NCBI GenBank assembly: GCA_016933055.1
Contig: JAFGBS010000036.1
Span: 1 to 32,000 of the forward strand
Source: Promethearchaeota archaeon
GTDB taxonomy: Archaea > Asgardarchaeota > Lokiarchaeia > Sigyniarchaeales > Promethearchaeaceae
Reading direction: 5' to 3'
Length of the DNA stretch: 32,000 nt
The notes under the pieces were generated by a model. It saw only the letters and a program-made list of their open reading frames with translations, had not been told where the DNA came from and ran no database searches. Both the position numbers and the translations under genes were made by a program. Each line of letters starts with the position of its first letter. The first letter of the stretch is position 1. This document shows positions 27,677 through 32,000 of this stretch, piece by piece.

Positions 27677-28005
27677 AGGATAAAGTATAAAATTGTTTTC
27701 TAGACGAGTGTGAACGGATATCTAACTTAATATCCTTAAGAACTCCTTTCTTTTCTATTAGCAAAAATTCACGGTAACCCCCTCCCAAAAACTCTGCTAA
27801 AAAGCCAAAAATTGCCTTTCTCTCTGTTTCCCGTGCATTACCCGTAATGGCAATTTTTGGTTTTTTCGCATAGGCAAGCCTTTAACCCATGTGGAAGCGT
27901 ATGTTCCTAAAACTCTGCCGATTTTTAGAATTGGGTGCTATATGCCGTTAAAAGGGCAGTATAGATGTTGATTAGAGAAAAAAAATCAATTATCCAATGA
28001 TTGTG

Positions 28006-28320
28006 TTAAGGACTTAGAGAATATCCACTAAACCGTTCGTGTGTTCTCTTCTGATAATCACAGTTAGTGCAATCAACAAAATGGATCTCCAAAGTTCTAT
28101 TCCCTTCTGTTAATACAGCAGATTCCCCTAGAAGACCCATTCCAAAAAATGTTTCTCCTATAACTCCACCAAATCCTCGCACTCGAAATTCTCTTAATAC
28201 TAATTCCGCTCCACATTGAGGGCATGTTTTTGAGTGACCTCCCCAACATTTTTCTTCGTAAGCATTCCGCTTTTCTTCCCGTTCTTTTTTCCGTTTTTCT
28301 CGTGCTTCGCTTCTAAACAT
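28006..28320 (-). CDS. Small zinc-ribbon protein
   Basis: CPQC and CTNC pairs flanking a Gly-rich segment; has its own BRE-TATA. Confidence 0.6.
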   Translation of the reverse strand: MFRSEAREKRKKEREEKRNAYEEKCWGGHSKTCPQCGAELVLREFRVRGFGGVIGETFFGMGLLGESAVLTEGNRTLEIHFVDCTNCDYQKRTHERFSGYSLSP

Positions 28321-28342
28321 GAAATAGAAGGACTCATTGGAT

Positions 28343-28357
28343 TTATTAAATGTTTCG
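28343..28357 (-). promoter_or_regulatory. Archaeal BRE+TATA promoter of ORF 28006..28320
   Basis: Minus strand reads CGAAACA-TTTAATAA, 23 nt before the ATG. Confidence 0.55.
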
Positions 28358-28844
28358 CCTTAAATCGCGAATTTTACTAAACTCACCTAACTGAGATTTT
28401 GTAATTTCAACAAGATTAGAAATTTGGGATAAATCGAAATTTAAATTACTCAAAATGAATCCTTCATATTATTGTCGGAATGAATGTACCCACACAACAC
28501 ACTACATTAGATTGAATAATGATATTTTAGTGGTTTCAGATTATTTAATTACGCAATAGTCTAGCGATAAAAAAGAGTGAACTTAAATAATCTTCAAGTA
28601 ATCCTCTCGCATTCATTAATCCCAAAGTTAATTTAAATCCAATTAAGTTTTATAGAGATATATGAAAATATTAACACCAACGAAAAATATTACGGAATTT
28701 ATTGAATATTGGTCAAATTTCTACACATCAACATCTATACGGCTTAACATAATTAAAAATTGATCCATTTAATGCTTGACTATCGTAAAACACCGTCAAA
28801 CTCGTATAATAGAATCAATTTACGAATTTACACCAAATTTAATA

Positions 28845-28965
28845 CCGTCCAGATGTAGAATACTTAAGTCCGAAGTGCGGGTCCTTGGGCGGAGGAATAA
28901 ACACCTATCTCGGATAGGTCAAAAGCCGAATGCGAAGCATGAGGCTTATTCATGTTAAAATGAAT
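28845..28965. other. GC-rich non-coding element with four consecutive hairpins (candidate structured RNA or ssDNA signal)
   Basis: Stems: CCGTCCA/TGGGCGG, ACCTATC/GATAGGT, AAGCC/GGCTT enclosing ATGC-GAA-GCAT, and ATTCA/TGAAT. 52 of 106 nt are G+C over 28845-28950 by manual count. Confidence 0.45.
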
Positions 28966-29029
28966 CTAAATCCACTCCAAATTGACAGAAGTTCGTACTA
29001 TATACCCCCTATTCCCCTAACGTGGGTAT

Positions 29030-29560
29030 CACGGAATAGAATTTTACTAATCAAAATACAGTAACATAGATATTGAATATGATCAGAACATCAGAATTCA
29101 AAACAACACATATCAGCCTTTATCAAAGGCTAATCTAAAACATCTTCTACATTGGAAAATGGATTGGAAAGGAAATCTGCTCAATAAATGGACAAATAAT
29201 GTCTCTCAACATCTTTCAGAAATTAATAATCTACGAAATGCAAATTCAATCAATGAAATTGTAATTATGAACTTCATAAATACCATTCCAAAGAAAATTG
29301 TGAAAAGTGGTAATGTGCTGAGGGTATTTATGATGCATTTAGCCCGTCCTTTGGAAGTACCAATCCTTGACCGCTTTGCTATACTCACATATGATGTTGT
29401 AACTGGTCAAAACATTTCTTTATTAATAAACAGAACTAACTTCATATCTTATCATTATCTGGATTATCGTGATTACATATTAAAACTCCAAAATCAAACA
29501 GGATCTTCAATTCGAGAAATTGATAGAGCATTTTGGGTGTATGGAAAGCATATTTTATGA
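29030..29560 (+). pseudogene. HhH/8-oxoguanine-glycosylase-like fold protein; intact 3' ORF (29159..29560) with an in-frame stop in its 5' extension
   Basis: VPILDRF...YLDY...IREIDRAFWVYGK. The same frame extends upstream as IEFY*SKYSNIDIEYDQNI (TAA at 29048). Confidence 0.4.
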
Positions 29561-30080
29561 AATAATATTGGTATTATTTACTCGATTCATGAGAATACTA
29601 GTAATTTTTCTTTCAATTAACTCACATCCATCATTGAATAAGCCTTTAACAGAGCTTCTTTAAAAATTAGATTTACATATTTGAAAATTAGACAAGAAAA
29701 TGAATGAGATCAGAATTGAAGATGTTTTTAGTGTAATCAATATCTATCTGAGTTCTTAAGGTTTGGTAGGTATAAGAAAACATGTATTTTTAACGTATTT
29801 TAGCGTAAAACGTCAAGCCCGTTATCTAAAGCAAATTCAGTGGGTTTAGGTGTTCCGTTTTCCAAAAGTGCAATAGTTTGCAGATAGGATACGAAAGCAG
29901 ATATTCCATTTACTATTAAGTACAATGAGCGTGAAGAATCAAGTTATGAGAACTTACTGGAATTATGTACCCCTTAATGGAATGAAAAATGGGAACTTGT
30001 TAAAAACTGACGATTTGGATAATACTTCATATCTTCGTTTCACGATCTTTTCATTATTATTTTTAAATTTTCTGAGTTTT

Positions 30081-30650
30081 TTAAGCGCTTGGATACAACG
30101 GTATAAATAAATCCCTTTTTTTCGGGTTTTCTATTCTGTCGATACGAGTTTTAAATTGAGGGATGAAAGATCTATAACTGCAAATTGTCTTAAATGAACC
30201 ATCCGTCAATAATTCCATCGTGTAAGGAGCAAATATGTTCCTCTTATTGATTAATCCATGATATGCAAAAACAACCTTAGGAGGATGTTGAAATCTAATG
30301 CAAGCTATTTTTATGAGATTTACTTTCGTTTCGATATATTTTTTTAGGTTTTTTCTGATTTCATTACGGTTACCACGCTTTCGTTTGGGAAATAAATCTA
30401 CTGTGATAATTTGAGAATTAATATGCTCTTCATCCAGAGGATGAGATTTTTCGAATTTAGGATTATATATGAATTTCTTCCAAGATTGTGGATATTCACC
30501 AATAATTAAAATCTTGATAGGTTTATTTTTTTCCTTAATTTTTTCCAAAACTTCAATCCATTTTGCTTCTATCCTAATTATGTCTTCATACTCTATCGTT
30601 GTGCAATCTTTGATTAAATTAGCCAAATATTCTCCAGTGATTTTTTCCAA
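30081..30650 (-). CDS. Hypothetical protein, weakly uracil-DNA-glycosylase-superfamily-like
   Basis: KILIIGEYP...FIYNP...VDLFP resembles the UDG motif A (GExP); this is a weak match only. Confidence 0.35.
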   Translation of the reverse strand: MEKITGEYLANLIKDCTTIEYEDIIRIEAKWIEVLEKIKEKNKPIKILIIGEYPQSWKKFIYNPKFEKSHPLDEEHINSQIITVDLFPKRKRGNRNEIRKNLKKYIETKVNLIKIACIRFQHPPKVVFAYHGLINKRNIFAPYTMELLTDGSFKTICSYRSFIPQFKTRIDRIENPKKRDLFIPLYPSA

Positions 30651-30687
30651 CTCGTATCATCGACCTTATATTCTCTTTATTTATTTT

Positions 30688-31401
30688 TTAATGATAAATA
30701 ATCTCTCCATTTTCTACCACAATCAACTGCCCTGGCTTGAAACTCACCCAATTTTCATCCGTCAACGGGCTGGTTGCGATGATCACCCCTTGCTCGTCCG
30801 GTTCTTTCTCATCGCTCAAATCTATCCAGAAATCATCGTCCATTAATCTGATAGAGCCGAACGGGGATTTTCGAATCAAAAACATTAATGAATTGTATTT
30901 TCTCTTGTCAAAATATGAAAATAATCGTACTCCATCACTCATTAAGCAATTTAAATCCCCATACTCATTGATATCATGGAGTTTCGTTTGCAGCCAATCA
31001 AAATCTTCAGAAGACCACACATCAGTCGAATCCTCGTCGGTTCCAAAACGTTTCTTAATTTGCCCCATTAACCAACAGAACGCCCATTCTGAGTCAGTAT
31101 CCCCCACGGGTTTAAAATCTCCTAAATCTAATCCTCCTTTTTTATCATACCAGAGAAGAGTTTTATTATGAGCAAATACATACTGTTTTCCTCCTAATTC
31201 TCTGCAAAAGGGGTGAGTATTCCGATAACAGACATCGCTACCGCTTGTTAATCGAATATGCGAAATGAAAATTTGGGAACGAATCTCTTGATATTCACGA
31301 ATGAATTCCCCCAATTGACTTTTATTGACTTTTCATCTTTCATATATTTGAAAATCTGAAGAGAAGTTATATGATTTCCATTGGCTAACTGTTAGCAATT
31401 C
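30688..31401 (-). pseudogene. Class II glutamine amidotransferase (YafJ-like) lacking its N-terminal catalytic Cys region
   Basis: SHIR...NTHPF...FAHN...GDTDSE...NCLMSDG...VIIATSPLT. No MC start is present. The same frame upstream reads IELLTVS... and then hits TGA. Confidence 0.7.
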
Positions 31402-31495
31402 AATATAGAAGGCAAAAAAAAGGAGCCACTACTGCTCGAATTTATTAATAATATCTTTCATTTGTTTTAATTTTGTCAGATTTCCTAGAACCATA

Positions 31496-32000
31496 CTAAA
31501 TCAGCATGAAACAACTATCTTGGCGCACGATAAGTAGAATCTGTCCTGCAGAATCAAGTAAGCACCGTTCGTATATAGTACATCTAGTTGCAAACAAATC
31601 ACGTGTACTAGTATACACTATAAACTCACAATAAAATAATGGGCCAGTTAAAAAAACAGATGATTCTACTTGTAAAGAGAAATTTATCCCAGGATTGATC
31701 CAATAGGAATCTTCATCATCATAAACATACCAATTTATCCAAGATTGTTCTGCACTAGTGATCCGTGATTGATTATACGGAAATATTGTGGAATTTAAAG
31801 TAAAATTTGTCTGAAGAACCGTAATACGAGAAATATAGGAGATATAATCCACTGATACTACAATGAAGCTGGGGATACCCTTATTAGATAACTGCTTTTC
31901 AGTAATCACATCCGAAACGTAACTACCTACACTCCCGTTATAGAACCAGGAATTATTGAGAGAAAACGAACTGGCATTATCTAAAACCTGTCTTTGGATT
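31496..32000 (-). CDS. Partial secreted/surface glycoprotein, possibly archaeal pilin-like C-terminal domain (5' end outside the window)
   Basis: The frame is open to the window edge (IQRQVLDNASSFSLNNSWFYNGS...). It has many N-x-S/T sequons and an INPG...F...Y..IVYT..DLF pattern. Confidence 0.5.
   Translation of the reverse strand, partial: IQRQVLDNASSFSLNNSWFYNGSVGSYVSDVITEKQLSNKGIPSFIVVSVDYISYISRITVLQTNFTLNSTIFPYNQSRITSAEQSWINWYVYDDEDSYWINPGINFSLQVESSVFLTGPLFYCEFIVYTSTRDLFATRCTIYERCLLDSAGQILLIVRQDSCFMLI

Noticed and set aside
28776-28958. 60-aa ORF over the hairpin element, and TTGACT/TATAAT as a bacterial promoter
   Set aside because: The ORF has no motif and coincides with the structured non-coding region. 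The -35/-10 spacing is 23 nt, not about 17.
29820-30020. Stop-riddled frame ANSVGLGVPFSKSAIVCR*...LLELCTP*WNEKWELVKN* and the 29925..30110 ORF
   Set aside because: Probably a pseudogene remnant, but the family is not identifiable. The track ORF is in another frame and lacks support.
1440-31171. Short ORFs in the track overlapping longer genes (e.g. 1440, 1683, 2171, 3367, 3902, 4188, 4726, 7227, 8750, 15441, 15977, 17015, 18058, 20965, 22845, 23480, 23493, 23565, 24377, 24445, 24758, 25258, 26216, 26508, 26805, 27490, 29206, 30469, 30737)
   Set aside because: These are antisense or alternate-frame shadows of motif-bearing genes, with no motifs of their own.
211-31909. Integron-like cassette array
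   Set aside because: Genes lie in mixed orientations and no recurring attC-like palindromes follow individual genes.
1-32000. CRISPR array, tRNA/rRNA, integrase or transposase
   Set aside because: No regularly spaced repeat-spacer units, no cloverleaf or rRNA-like GC-rich stretch, and no recombinase or transposase motifs were seen.

Overview
This AT-rich window (about 30% GC by eye, not computed) is most likely archaeal. BRE+TATA promoters sit about 25-35 nt before several starts, and GGAG/GAGG Shine-Dalgarno motifs also occur. An Asgard/Lokiarchaeia-like origin is plausible but is inference only. The window is almost entirely an accessory defence island in active turnover. Intact nuclease or nucleic-acid-processing genes include a tandem double GIY-YIG, an HNH, an orphan OLD-type TOPRIM, a nucleoside-deoxyribosyltransferase/TIR-like protein, a MORC-like GHKL ATPase with three Ig-like repeats, two adjacent HEPN-motif proteins, a PLD-zinc-ribbon protein, an AspBHI/MspJI-family restriction enzyme and a membrane-anchored UvrD/helicase IV with a nuclease insert. 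These are mixed with pseudogene debris: an HNH-less paralog, a MATE 3' copy, NurA, a UvrD C-terminus, a GATase and a glycosylase-like gene. I saw no DNA methyltransferase, integrase, transposase, tRNA, rRNA or CRISPR array. The best candidates for new biology are: (i) the operon NDT/TIR-like > GHKL-Ig3 > wHTH plus unnamed 'SYRSSF' domain > HNH-family N-domain (7373-13364); (ii) a ~180-bp non-coding element repeated at 6740 and 13607 with 21-bp-periodic boxes, which closes two parallel cassettes; (iii) a GC-rich four-hairpin non-coding element at 28845-28965. All family assignments come from motif recognition by eye; no database search was run.
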